A stretch of DNA of 52,035 nt from an uncultured Candidatus Saccharibacteria bacterium (GCA_964389035.1 CAYMCH010000001.1:1-52035), one strand, 5' to 3'; shown: positions 11,201 to 20,135, numbered from the stretch's first letter. Notes: generated by a model not told the origin, from the letters alone. A program made the numbers and translations.

Positions 11201-12351
11201 GCATATGTTTCTGAGTATGTGCTGATATTTGTATTATCGTCAAAACACAAATCAAATATTCCATCAGTAACTTTACCATACCCACCATTAAAAAAGGTAT
11301 CGATATCAATTTCAGGGTTTGTATATGTAATATAAGCATTTGATAAATCACCCGATATCCAGCCCAATGTATGAGAAGCTGATGTTTCTAAATATGAATC
11401 TCTCAGATAATAATTGAATTCGGCTTTTTTTAATTCAGATGTATCTAATTCTTCTTCGTCATTAAAACCGGTTAATAAATTTAGGTCTATTCCACTTTCA
11501 TTTCCGATAATAGTGTTCGTGTCATCACGCAAAACCACTCTCATGATTTCGTTCTTCTCATTACGATCATCATTCTTAAACCTTATACGAATAGGATAAT
11601 ATCTGTCGACTCCTGAATCATTATCCATTAACGCTCCAGGATTATCTGAATAACGGTTTTGATCGAAATTAGTAGCATCTGTCTGCCATATTTTGTCAAT
11701 TACTGTCCAGTTGTTAACACTGCTTATCGAATTACCGTCAAAAAACGTTGGGGAATATTCCACGCTACAACCATTGCCCAACCTGCTGGTATAATAAGTT
11801 TGTGGACAAGTTACTTTTCTTTTTTCAGTAGGACCAACTTTTAAATAAGTAATAAACTCAATAGCCCACTCTTGATCAGAGTATTGGTAAGCGTTAATCT
11901 TCCCTTCTCGATTTGATTGAGGTTGTGAAATAATACCACCATTCAAAGTCAAGCTTTTGTAATGCTGTGAACCTTCAAGCAACAAGTTTGCTCCAGTTTG
12001 CACTATCACATCTGTTTCGCTGCCTAATTCCAATTGACTAGAATTATACATAAATGGAGTACTTAGATATGAAACATAAGAATATGATTCTAAAGTGTCA
12101 GGGGTGTCTGCTATTACACTACCATCTTTTTTATACACTTTTCCTTCACTATCTACAGTATAATATCCGCTACCGAATGTTACGATTTTTCCGTCACCAG
12201 TAACATTGATACCTGCAATAGCTTTTTCGCTTGATGGGCGCAAAGACAACCACAAAACTAAAGCCAAAGAAAAAGCCAATACAGCTACAATGGACCTTTT
12301 AATAATAATTCTATAATATAAGGTGTACTTTCGATTTTTTAACACCAACAC
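8260..12351 (-). CDS. Large (1363 aa) membrane-anchored surface protein with PA14-like, Gly-rich beta-helix-like and vWA-like regions; candidate pilus-associated adhesin
   Basis: N-terminal signal anchor (IVAVLAFSLALVLWLSL). A region ending RYYPIRIRFKNDD resembles PA14. There are repetitive GGSGGG.../AGGSGGSVFISANNVNVN segments. A DLIIVSD...TSFGSGLEEAMRII...ILFISP segment resembles a vWA fold with a non-canonical MIDAS. Only a 19-nt gap separates it from the PilN-like ORF in the track (72 nt to the preferred 8186 start). The start may be GTG at 12345, given the spacing to GGAGG. Confidence 0.8.
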   Translation of the reverse strand: MLVLKNRKYTLYYRIIIKRSIVAVLAFSLALVLWLSLRPSSEKAIAGINVTGDGKIVTFGSGYYTVDSEGKVYKKDGSVIADTPDTLESYSYVSYLSTPFMYNSSQLELGSETDVIVQTGANLLLEGSQHYKSLTLNGGIISQPQSNREGKINAYQYSDQEWAIEFITYLKVGPTEKRKVTCPQTYYTSRLGNGCSVEYSPTFFDGNSISSVNNWTVIDKIWQTDATNFDQNRYSDNPGALMDNDSGVDRYYPIRIRFKNDDRNEKNEIMRVVLRDDTNTIIGNESGIDLNLLTGFNDEEELDTSELKKAEFNYYLRDSYLETSASHTLGWISGDLSNAYITYTNPEIDIDTFFNGGYGKVTDGIFDLCFDDNTNISTYSETYASSPFSKGTSTVYSTEVYHNYTRSAKTINPNITAGNPERYIDAGVDLVVTNDIIFNGGNIDLSGKGYAGYDGELRRGDDGNPFTNNRAGGYNSDLGSAGGLSSDKVPQSAAHAGSGGGGQYYNDTRIYKNANYYGSSAYSNTLGSGGGSSHYLGDEPTIGGSGGGKIQIRASNVNFNNALSTIKVTGGDGNAIKSNSQNYYAGGSGGSVFISANNVNVNYTQVVGQYIFIAKGGYQATSTISSEGSGGYVKIVTTNFNFKGTASHEDKLREFIDSNSRFSASTYYSGSNGSSFLDLGSIPQAINTDNKTLTQSLLSENRSALYPQLNEPSNDSKIFANEDMNLEINVQGMDDIASFRRKPIDLIIVSDLYALNSDDRELNLRTALKNLLMQIADINRQYPRSMRVAITGIWSEGSGENIENQVQTFTRGSGSGAYNFIDSSDIIAGLDENGDPLPHTMAYEVMHYSSKDLASGTSFGSGLEEAMRIIGREKRNVAQQYILFISPFNELYSPCISRIGETTCENYTIPLLDNTIAKNIKDNGVNLIHTAYFGKTISNKNKGIIRKKFQDITNNIRSNSLSPKIKTYYETSSTSDLSNTISPILDNISGISSGMAIKIQQKFPPGVKILSEPKLEGKKDDTYSCSSSNEQISCVIYPTAYSADRDYILDPNDEIFKFNVKLNFADVDPGWIDTQSNKNCGADGSETTPILGSPHSFVEYLPSGLYTGNTIKISPSSCRQIIPNIISGDVYNSDSYLKNFAFYGNNLNQSNDVASGVGSSWEIENYSTNPLSQISNFGDYYESKIATMQGEAQPITANNTNLYPNWYLQGNDLSNTANSQAESLLQGKSWKIDTRLDLGGGNYTSVHNYYGQGTIIINGNLTLRQGVKIVKGNIGEPYNNLGLIVNGDLILEGDNELEASVYVRDSVKVMAKNIKILGSIAAGDFKGFDTFGKLDIRYDYKTEDKWPPGFRYLSFSINNNSAQ

Positions 12352-12442
12352 CCTCCGCCTATATACAGAATAACAATCAGTATATTTAAATTATACTTAA
12401 TTGCAAAAAATTATTCAATAAATTATTATCGACAATCATAAG

Positions 12443-15400
12443 TTATTCAACTGATTTCAATGATTCAATCATATTTATTTTCTTTAGCTTGAAATATGTA
12501 GCTGTTTGAATAATTACTGCCAAAACAATAGTTATTAATGAAGTATAGACATAGCTAAGTTCACGAATAACTTTTATAAAAACTGTATTATCCGTCTCAA
12601 CCATTCTAATCACTATTTGATGTAGCAATATTCCCGCTATTAGACCTGCAATAATTCCAAATAGTGTAAGTATAAAAGACTCTCGATAGATATATTCGTT
12701 CACCTCATTATCGTAAAAACCTAAAACTTTTAAAGTAGCAATTTCTCTCTTTCGCTCGCTTATGTTTATTGTAGTAAGGTTATACAAAACGATCAAGACT
12801 AGCAAAGATGAGATTATAATAATTAGATAGATAATACTATTCAAACCAGAAACAAGATCATTGAAAGTATTTAAATTATCAGATGAAAAATTGACATATG
12901 CTATTTTACCACTATCAATCAAACTTTTTGCTAACTCTGAATTATTATTTGCCTCATTATCAGAAACAATCATATTATATAATATTGGCTTCACAAAAGT
13001 CTCCGTGTAAAGAGCTTTGTTCATATAAATATAATGAAAAGTATAATTTTCTACAATGTCTGTAACTTTAAAAATATAGGGCATATTGTTGATATCTCTG
13101 ATCTTTATACTTTGCCCAATTTTTATTTTCAATAAACTGGCTATTTTTTGAGTAATTACTACTCCATTATTTGGTAAAATGGCGATTTCACCGCTTTCTT
13201 TACTATTTAGAGCAAAATATTTACTAAATTGAGTCTCATTTTCAGGAACTACCATATAAGTTTCTATTTCTTCTCCATTTAACTCAAAAGTAAATGAGGT
13301 TTGATAAATCAAAGTCGGGTCAACAATTTTTTCTTTTGATAAGATAGTCGCAAAATCATTGTCTAGAATACTAATATCTTTATTTAGCACTATCAAATCA
13401 TCATATTTAAATATCTCGCTATACTGAATTTTGGCAATACGATCAACACTATCCCTTATACCAAAGCCTGTTAATAATAATGCTGTACAGCCAGCGATTC
13501 CAATTATCGTCATTAGAACACGCTTTTTATATCTAAACATGTTTCTAATAGTAACCTTCCATGTGAAAGATAATCGACTCCAGATATAACTAACATTTTC
13601 TAAATATATTTTTTTACCTTTTTTGGGAGAAACCGGACGCATCAGATAAGCAGGCTTGTTTTTTAGCTCATTCATACATGTAATAATCGTAACTGAACAC
13701 ATTAGTATAACTGATACTACTAAAATATTTATCAGCATCAATATATCGTATCCTACAATGAATATCGGCAAATTATAATTTGAAGTATATACTGAATATA
13801 TTATTCTTGGTATAGATTCACTCCCCACATAAAACCCTGAAGCCACTCCCAAAAACGTAGCAACAAGTACATATATAATATAAATAAGAATAATACGAGC
13901 ATTACTGAACCCAAGTGATGCCAGAGTCCCGAGCTCTCCCCGCTCCTCCTCGATCATCCTTGCCATAGTATTGAGACTCATTAATGCTACAATTAGTAAA
14001 AAAAACAAAGGAAAGATAGAAGCAATCATAGACACTTTTGTAGTATCATCTTTCAGATCAAGATAGCCAGCATTATCATTTCTATCAAGCAACAGCCACT
14101 CTGGTTTCTTGATCTTTTTAATATCCTCTTTGGCCTTAGCAATTTTTGCTTCCCCATCACTAATTATTTTGTTAAATTCATCCAAATTTTTTTGATATTC
14201 CTCATAACTACTACTTAGTGTCTTTTCGTTTTGAGTAATTTCTTCCCTACCTTTTACAATACTTTCTCTAGCTTTAGCAATTTCGGTATCGAATGTTTCG
14301 ATACCGTTATTTAAAGCTGTTTCTTTCTCTTTTAAAGTAATTATCGATGATTGCAACTTTAACATCTCTTGATAGGAATTAGTATAATTTGCTATTTGGT
14401 CTGATAAATCGATATATTCAGGCGAACCCGGAATTAAGGAATTTAAATTATTATTCATGATGTCCAAATTATTTTTCAGCTCAGTAGTTTTCGCATCAAC
14501 TTCATTTATACCGATTGTATTTTTTGCTAAATTAACATTGATTAACTCCCATGCACTGGCTATTTCCTTTTTAGCACTATCAAATTCCATCTTTTTGTCT
14601 ACCACACTTTTCTCTAACTCGACGAATTTTTTTTCAACATTATTTTTAGCATCTTTTAATTTTGATTTATGATAATCCAAATCTTTTTTAGCTTTATCTA
14701 GTTTATCTTTACCATCTTTTTTGATTGTTGATAAATCGTTTTCTGATTTAAACAATTCGCTCGTTGCTTTTTCTAGCACTTCCTCGTATCTTTTACTCTC
14801 TTGTATCGGTTTAATCTGTAACAACTCCTTTTCTAAAAACTGATAATTTTCATTATAATCTTGGGAATATGTTTTGCTTTCTTTGGTGTCTTTTGCTGTA
14901 ATGTAAATTTCTGTGAAATAGTCAATGGTAAAATTATCTTTTGGAATAAATATAAACGAAGATAATTTTCCGTCTCCAGCGCTAGAGATTCCGTAATCCT
15001 TGAGTGTATACAACACTGATTTTATTGTCCCCACTACCTTGTATGTTGAATTTTTCAGCTTATCATTAACATTGCTGCTTATCTCTACTTCGTCGCCGAC
15101 ATTATAATAATTATTATCCCCCAGACATTCTCTGTTGTTCTCCGGCATACGTCCTTCTACTAAAGCAATTTCATTAATTTGCTGTTCGATAGCATGCACT
15201 CTCACAGCCTCACCTTTTGAGACAACATCTAATGAAAAACTTGGGACAACTAACTGAGAGTGAGAAAGAGCCTCAAGCGAATTTACATCCTCATTGGTCA
15301 ACCCCAAAGTACTTACAATTTTAAAATCCATTAAATTATTTTGGTCGTAATATTTATCTACAGAATCCACAATATCAGGCGAGCTAGAACGAATTCCAAC

Positions 15401-15505
15401 AAAAAAACCAGTACCCAAAAAAACGATCATCACCAAAGAGAAAAATCTACCTAGAGATTTTTTTACTTTGATATAAGCATTTTTGAACAATAGACGCATT
15501 ACCAA
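12443..15505 (-). CDS. ABC transporter permease, MacB/FtsX type, with two FtsX modules and a long coiled-coil extracytoplasmic insert
   Basis: 1020 aa. FtsX-family motifs EERGELGTLASLGF and ERKREIATLKVLGF each precede 3-TM bundles. Residues ~225-470 are heptad-rich (KLDKAKKDLDYHKSKLKDAKNNVEKKFVELEKS...). The start overlaps the stop of the ATPase gene. Confidence 0.85.
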   Translation of the reverse strand: MVMRLLFKNAYIKVKKSLGRFFSLVMIVFLGTGFFVGIRSSSPDIVDSVDKYYDQNNLMDFKIVSTLGLTNEDVNSLEALSHSQLVVPSFSLDVVSKGEAVRVHAIEQQINEIALVEGRMPENNRECLGDNNYYNVGDEVEISSNVNDKLKNSTYKVVGTIKSVLYTLKDYGISSAGDGKLSSFIFIPKDNFTIDYFTEIYITAKDTKESKTYSQDYNENYQFLEKELLQIKPIQESKRYEEVLEKATSELFKSENDLSTIKKDGKDKLDKAKKDLDYHKSKLKDAKNNVEKKFVELEKSVVDKKMEFDSAKKEIASAWELINVNLAKNTIGINEVDAKTTELKNNLDIMNNNLNSLIPGSPEYIDLSDQIANYTNSYQEMLKLQSSIITLKEKETALNNGIETFDTEIAKARESIVKGREEITQNEKTLSSSYEEYQKNLDEFNKIISDGEAKIAKAKEDIKKIKKPEWLLLDRNDNAGYLDLKDDTTKVSMIASIFPLFFLLIVALMSLNTMARMIEEERGELGTLASLGFSNARIILIYIIYVLVATFLGVASGFYVGSESIPRIIYSVYTSNYNLPIFIVGYDILMLINILVVSVILMCSVTIITCMNELKNKPAYLMRPVSPKKGKKIYLENVSYIWSRLSFTWKVTIRNMFRYKKRVLMTIIGIAGCTALLLTGFGIRDSVDRIAKIQYSEIFKYDDLIVLNKDISILDNDFATILSKEKIVDPTLIYQTSFTFELNGEEIETYMVVPENETQFSKYFALNSKESGEIAILPNNGVVITQKIASLLKIKIGQSIKIRDINNMPYIFKVTDIVENYTFHYIYMNKALYTETFVKPILYNMIVSDNEANNNSELAKSLIDSGKIAYVNFSSDNLNTFNDLVSGLNSIIYLIIIISSLLVLIVLYNLTTINISERKREIATLKVLGFYDNEVNEYIYRESFILTLFGIIAGLIAGILLHQIVIRMVETDNTVFIKVIRELSYVYTSLITIVLAVIIQTATYFKLKKINMIESLKSVE

Positions 15506-16200
15506 GCAATCTCATTAATATTTTTAGGATGCTTATGGACAATAACTTCCTCTACTTTACCGTTTCTCATTTTAATAACTTTATCAGCTATTTCGGCAAT
15601 AACCGAGTTATGAGTAATTATTACAGTAGTCATTTTCATATCACGACAATTTTTATGCAACAGTTCTATTATTTTTTTGCCAGTGTTACTGTCTAGAGCA
15701 CCTGTTGGTTCGTCACACAGCAATAATTTGGGATTCTTAGCAATTGCTCTAGCTATAGCCACTCTTTGCTGTTCACCACCCGATAGCTGTGAAGGAAAAT
15801 TCATCATCCTCTGTTCTAGACCTACTTGCGAGATAATTTTCTTAGGCTCTAGCGCATTTTGGCATATTTGACAAGCTAGCTCTACATTTTCTATAGCAGT
15901 CAAATTTTGTATTAAATTGTAAAATTGGAATACAAAACCAATATCTTCACGACGATATTTGGTTAAAAATTTTGAATTAAATTTATCAATTCTTGAGCCA
16001 TCTACAATTATCTTTCCACTATCACAATCATCCATACCACCCAAGATATTCAAAACTGTTGTTTTACCAGCTCCTGACGGACCCAAAATCACAGCTAACT
16101 CTCCTTTTTCTATACCAAAAGAGCATTTATCCAAGGCAATAATTTTAGTGTCACCCAATGAATATTCTTTTCTGATATCTTTTAGTTCTATAAATGCCAT
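15499..16200 (-). CDS. ABC transporter ATP-binding protein (MacB/LolD-like)
   Basis: Walker A GPSGAGKTT, signature LSGGEQQRVAIARA, Walker B LLLCDEPTGALD. RBS GAGGAGAAATA. Confidence 0.92.
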   Translation of the reverse strand: MAFIELKDIRKEYSLGDTKIIALDKCSFGIEKGELAVILGPSGAGKTTVLNILGGMDDCDSGKIIVDGSRIDKFNSKFLTKYRREDIGFVFQFYNLIQNLTAIENVELACQICQNALEPKKIISQVGLEQRMMNFPSQLSGGEQQRVAIARAIAKNPKLLLCDEPTGALDSNTGKKIIELLHKNCRDMKMTTVIITHNSVIAEIADKVIKMRNGKVEEVIVHKHPKNINEIAW

Positions 16201-16344
16201 TATTTCTCCTCAAATATAAATATATACTGAAAAAAATGATAATTTTTAATCATATTATAGCAAATTAAGATTATTGTTTTTAGTAATATTATCAAAATTA
16301 TTGAATTTAAATATTTTTACTGTGTATTATTACACTTACAATAT

Positions 16345-16371
16345 AAAAAGCCTGACAAAAATCAGGTTTTT
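16345..16371 (-). terminator. Weak bidirectional hairpin terminator downstream of tRNA-Trp
   Basis: The CCTGA-caaaaa-TCAGG hairpin is flanked by an A5 run on one side and a T5 run on the other. Confidence 0.35.
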
Positions 16372-16373
16372 CT

Positions 16374-16448
16374 TGGCAGGGGTATGAGGAGTCGAACCTC
16401 AGTCTGCGGTTTTGGAGACCGCCATAATAGCCGTTATACGATACCCCT
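16374..16448 (-). tRNA. tRNA-Trp (anticodon CCA), CCA encoded
   Basis: Hand-folded cloverleaf. Acceptor AGGGGTA/TACCCCT, anticodon arm GCGGT-CTCCAAA-ACCGC, T-arm GAGGTTCGACTCCTC. Confidence 0.92.
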
Positions 16449-16532
16449 ATAAGCAAAAAGTTGAAAAGCAAAAAATTTACAAAAATAGCAATATATAAAT
16501 TTTAAAAAACTTTCCATCTTTTAACTGTATAT

Positions 16533-16700
16533 TTATTTAGTTTCTTTGTGCAATGTGCTCTTTTTACATCTTGGACAATATTTTTTGAACTCTAATCTTT
16601 TAATCACGTCTTGACCTTTCAGTCTTTTTTCCGTGTGATGATTACGCTCCTTGCAAACACTGCATTCCAAGGTCACAATTTCTCTAGCATCTTTAGCCAT
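16533..16700 (-). CDS. rpmG: 50S ribosomal protein L33
   Basis: 55-aa ORF, below the ORF-track cutoff: [55 protein letters not shown]. It has the CxxC...CxxC and LHKETK signature of L33. Confidence 0.9.
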   Translation of the reverse strand: MAKDAREIVTLECSVCKERNHHTEKRLKGQDVIKRLEFKKYCPRCKKSTLHKETK

Positions 16701-16732
16701 AATTATCCTATTGATTTCTAAATATATATTAA

Positions 16733-16808
16733 TGGAGCCGTTGGGCGGACTTGAACCGCCGACTTACTCCTTACCATGGAGTTACTCTACCAACTGAGTT
16801 ACAACGGC
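16733..16808 (-). tRNA. tRNA-Thr (anticodon GGU), CCA encoded
   Basis: GCCGTTGTAACTCAGTTGGTAGAGTAACTCCATGGTAAGGAGTAAGTCGGCGGTTCAAGTCCGCCCAACGGCTCCA. The anticodon loop is AT-GGT-AA. Confidence 0.92.
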
Positions 16809-16828
16809 AGATTAACCTAAAAAATTAT

Positions 16829-16915
16829 TGGTGCTGAGGGCAGGATTCGAACCTGCGAAGGCATAAAGCCGATAGATTTACAGTCTATTGCGTTTGACCG
16901 CTTCGCTACCTCAGC
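16829..16915 (-). tRNA. tRNA-Tyr (anticodon GUA), long variable arm, CCA encoded
   Basis: Anticodon arm ATAGA-CTGTAAA-TCTAT, variable arm CGGCTTTATGCCTTC, T-arm GCAGGTTCGAATCCTGC, acceptor GCTGAGG/CCTCAGC. Confidence 0.9.
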
Positions 16916-16989
16916 TTAATAAATCGTTGGGTAAACATACATAATAGCATGATTCAGACCTAATAACATATTTATCCCGCACCAGCGTA

Positions 16990-17064
16990 TGGAGCCGAAG
17001 GAGGGACTCGAACCCACAACCTACTGTTTACAAAACAGTTGCTCTACCATTGAGCTACTTCGGC
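16990..17064 (-). tRNA. tRNA-Thr (anticodon UGU), CCA encoded
   Basis: GCCGAAGTAGCTCAATGGTAGAGCAACTGTTTTGTAAACAGTAGGTTGTGGGTTCGAGTCCCTCCTTCGGCTCCA. The anticodon loop is TT-TGT-AA. Confidence 0.92.
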
Positions 17065-17081
17065 TTGGTGAGGGACTGGCG

Positions 17082-17106
17082 CAAAACAGTTGCTCTACCA
17101 TTGAGC
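17082..17106 (-). repeat. 25-nt exact direct copy of the D-arm to anticodon-stem part of the adjacent tRNA-Thr(UGU) (tRNA fragment)
   Basis: caaaacagttgctctaccattgagc occurs at 17031-17055 (inside the tRNA) and again at 17082-17106. The second copy has no T-arm or acceptor partner and cannot be folded into a cloverleaf. Confidence 0.7.
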
Positions 17107-17201
17107 CAAGGTGGCATTCAACATGCCAAAATCAAAACCGTCCCTTTTGGCAATAATACTATATCTTAATTTAGCAAAAATGGCAATCATATGGGTTAGT
17201 G

Positions 17202-17945
17202 TTATTTTGAACGAAAAACATGTGAATGAGACATCTGTTTTTCTTCTGCTATTGCAGCCAGCCTTCGATATTCTTTATTGTCTAGATCTAGGCAAGATGC
17301 ACGCTTAAAAGCTTTCGCGGATTTTGCAAATTGCCTAACTTCCAAATACGCTTGGCCCAAAAGACCGTACCAACTAGCTTCATTACGATTAATCATTACT
17401 GCTTTTAATAAATTATCTATTGCCTCACTATATTTTTCTTTTATCAAATAATATTCCCCCATTACAGCATATGACATTGGATTTTCTGGATTACATTTTA
17501 CAGCTGTATCGGCGGCTATTTTTGCATTTTCGTGTTCACCTCTTTTCAGAGCTATACTGGCAATAAACGCGTATGCTTGGTCACAATGCTTATCGGCTGT
17601 AAGAGCTTGAATGGCCTTTTCTTCAGCAGTATTTAGATCACCAGATTTTATACTCTCGCTTGATTCAAATAACAATTTAGCAATTTCAGGGTCTTCGGCA
17701 TCGTATTTTTGTTTCGCCGTCTCTAACTCCACAGGAGTAACAATATCTTCTTGATCAGCAACGATCGCACCTCTGATTTCATCTTCTTCAACATGGCGTT
17801 TTCGTGCGAAAACTCGCGAAAATGAAGCCATATTTATCCTGCTATCTTTTTTATTTACCAAAACTGGCTTTTTGCTACCGGGATATTTTCTAATCAACAA
17901 AAAAGCGATCGCCCCTACGCATATTATAATTGCAGCCTCTAACAA
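17202..17945 (-). CDS. TPR-repeat protein with N-terminal TM anchor
   Basis: 247 aa. TM AAIIICVGAIAFLLI, followed by several 34-residue TPR-like units (...AYAFIASIALKRGEHENAKIAADTAVKCNPENP...). Confidence 0.75.
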   Translation of the reverse strand: MLEAAIIICVGAIAFLLIRKYPGSKKPVLVNKKDSRINMASFSRVFARKRHVEEDEIRGAIVADQEDIVTPVELETAKQKYDAEDPEIAKLLFESSESIKSGDLNTAEEKAIQALTADKHCDQAYAFIASIALKRGEHENAKIAADTAVKCNPENPMSYAVMGEYYLIKEKYSEAIDNLLKAVMINRNEASWYGLLGQAYLEVRQFAKSAKAFKRASCLDLDNKEYRRLAAIAEEKQMSHSHVFRSK

Positions 17946-18751
17946 CGTACCTCCACAATATTATTATTCTCCAATTTTACAGAATAACTATTTTTTAATA
18001 CATTGTGCGATATAACTTTTCCCTTACCTTCTTTTGTCTCTACCTCAACACCAATCTCTGGATAATTTTTTTTGGCTTCCCTGTATGATTCTAACTCATA
18101 TTTTAAACAACACATTAGTTTACCACAAACTCCCGTAACTCTATTGGACCCCATCTGTGCTAAATTTTGGTCAACGGCCATATCTAAAGTAACGCTTTCA
18201 AGATTACCTTTGATAAATCTTTTACAACACAGACTTTGACCACATCTACCTATTCCTCCTAGATATCTTGCTTCATCTCTAGCTCCAACCTGTTGCAATC
18301 TAATAATTTTTTTAAAAGTATGTGCCAAATCAGATACTAACATTCTAAAATCGACTCTCGATGGCGCAGTAAAATAAAAAGTGATTTTTTTTTCATCGAA
18401 AGACAAACCAGCATCTAGCAACTGCATCGGTAACTTGTATTTATCTATTTTGTTTTGACATTCTAGCATATATACTTTTACTTCTTTATCTAAACGTTCA
18501 ATTTGTTCTTTGTCTTTTTCGTTAATTTTTCTGATATACAAATATTCCATTATGTCATCATCGCTTTTGTTACTGCTGTGCTCTTTATCTTCGCATACCA
18601 CCTGATCTGAAACCACATATGCGATTTCCATACCAGTCTTAGACTCAACTAAGATTTCTTCACCATTTATTAATTTATGGTTGTCTGTTTCAATCTGAGA
18701 ATATTTACCATCGGCTTTTAAACGTATTGCTGTTTTAGACATAATTTGCAT
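17939..18751 (-). CDS. PSP1 domain protein (YaaT/RicT-like)
   Basis: Cys-rich PSP1 C-terminal signature GGIGRCGQSLCCKRF...TGVCGKLMCCLKYE. It has the conserved position after holB. The start may be the ATG at 18742. Confidence 0.85.
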   Translation of the reverse strand: MQIMSKTAIRLKADGKYSQIETDNHKLINGEEILVESKTGMEIAYVVSDQVVCEDKEHSSNKSDDDIMEYLYIRKINEKDKEQIERLDKEVKVYMLECQNKIDKYKLPMQLLDAGLSFDEKKITFYFTAPSRVDFRMLVSDLAHTFKKIIRLQQVGARDEARYLGGIGRCGQSLCCKRFIKGNLESVTLDMAVDQNLAQMGSNRVTGVCGKLMCCLKYELESYREAKKNYPEIGVEVETKEGKGKVISHNVLKNSYSVKLENNNIVEVRC

Positions 18752-19424
18752 ACCTTAATATTAACGATTCAAGAGCCAATTTTGCATTCACATTTCTTTT
18801 TAAGTCTCTTTTTGTCTCGACTATTTCTTTGATAAATTTTGCCTCTTTTAGATTTCGATCGATTAATAATTTATTTCTTAATTGAATCTCAAAACTCATT
18901 AAAAATTCTAAAGATTTCCCTTCATCAACAATTTTTCCTATAACTCTACTTTGATTATAAAAAGGTGTATCTAGCAACCCCATGACATCTATCTTTGCAA
19001 TTTTGTCTTCTTTAGACAATAAATTAATTTTACGACATCTTGATGTAATTGTTGGTAATAAATTATCACTCTCACTATGTAATATTATTATAGCATATTT
19101 TGGAGGCTCTTCTAAAGTTTTAAGTAAAGAATTTGCCGCTTCTTTATTCATTTTTGAAGCATTTTCAACGATCAATGCTTTATATTCCCCAATAGGAGTA
19201 AGATTTATGAATCGCTGAGAATGTATAATCTGTTTTATACTGATAATATCATTTTTTCCTTCTGATTCTTCCGAGCGTATAATAATTTTATCAAAATCTG
19301 TAATTGTTAAATCTTTTAAAATATTGTTAGTATATTCTAAAACCTCCTCTATTCCTCCTATAAGCAATAATGATATAGGAGGTATAATGCTTTCTTTTAT
19401 CTTGTACGTTTGATATTTAATCAT
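18735..19424 (-). CDS. holB: DNA polymerase III delta-prime subunit (short form)
   Basis: AANSLLKTLEEPP clamp-loader motif and SRC motif (TITSRCRK). 229 aa. Confidence 0.8.
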   Translation of the reverse strand: MIKYQTYKIKESIIPPISLLLIGGIEEVLEYTNNILKDLTITDFDKIIIRSEESEGKNDIISIKQIIHSQRFINLTPIGEYKALIVENASKMNKEAANSLLKTLEEPPKYAIIILHSESDNLLPTITSRCRKINLLSKEDKIAKIDVMGLLDTPFYNQSRVIGKIVDEGKSLEFLMSFEIQLRNKLLIDRNLKEAKFIKEIVETKRDLKRNVNAKLALESLILRYANYV

Positions 19425-19529
19425 AGTAAGAATAATTTAGCAAAATGAGCCTATTTTTACAATGGCATTATTATATGATAATGTGCTAGAATATATTATA
19501 ATTTAACATTACTTAACAAAGAAAGTTAT

Positions 19530-19871
19530 ATGGGGAAATCAAAAGTAAAAGAATCTGATTTAGAAGATAAGTTACTCATGTGCAAAGATTGCGGAGAAAA
19601 GTTTGTCTGGACAACTGGAGAACAAAAATTTTTTCTTGATAAAGGATTACAAAATATTCCAAAAAGATGCAAGGTCTGCACAGCATTGTATAAAAATAAA
19701 CTAAGAGAGAAACACCCTGTTTTTTGGATCAAATGTAAATCTTGCAAGAAAAAAGCCGAAGTCCCGTTCGAGCCAAAAACTGAAGATATTCTATGCGAGA
19801 GCTGTTTTAACAAAAAGATTAGCGAGAGAGATCAGGCTATAAAGAAATTAGGTGAGTCTGTCCCCGAATAA
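19530..19871 (+). CDS. Zinc-ribbon domain protein (zf-trcl-like)
   Basis: CKDCGEKFVWTTGEQKFFLDKGLQNIPKRCKVC followed by a second CKSC...CESC pair. Confidence 0.65.
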   Translation: MGKSKVKESDLEDKLLMCKDCGEKFVWTTGEQKFFLDKGLQNIPKRCKVCTALYKNKLREKHPVFWIKCKSCKKKAEVPFEPKTEDILCESCFNKKISERDQAIKKLGESVPE

Positions 19872-19872
19872 C

Positions 19873-20049
19873 TTATTCTGCGATTTCTCTACGAGAAATT
19901 GTTTTGATAGTTTTTAAGCATTTTGTACACATAACAAGACCATTAACTTTTTGTAAGTTAGGTTTAAATTTTCTCTTAGTGTGTACTTGAGAATGGGAAA
20001 CATTGCTCCCAGAAACAGCTTTTTTGCCACACAATGTACATCTAGCCAT
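19873..20049 (-). CDS. rpmB: 50S ribosomal protein L28
   Basis: Start at the internal ATG at 20047-20049: [35 protein letters not shown]..., the L28 pattern. The longer track ORF (to 20124) adds a non-homologous leader. Confidence 0.88.
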   Translation of the reverse strand: MARCTLCGKKAVSGSNVSHSQVHTKRKFKPNLQKVNGLVMCTKCLKTIKTISRREIAE

Positions 20050-20135
20050 AATATTCTCCCAATATGTCAACAATTTGATATAATTTACAAATAACACTTT
20101 AACATATTTATTCATATTATTCAATCTTTATCATT

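Noticed and set aside
17065-17120. A fifth tRNA gene next to tRNA-Thr(UGU)
   Set aside because: Only the D-arm/anticodon-stem segment is present (a 25-nt copy). No T-arm (GTTCRA) or complementary acceptor strands could be folded.
19526-19813. 95-aa minus-strand ORF
   Set aside because: It is antisense to the zinc-ribbon gene, whose paired CxxC motifs and the GEQxF...KG...P.RC..C pattern support the plus-strand reading.
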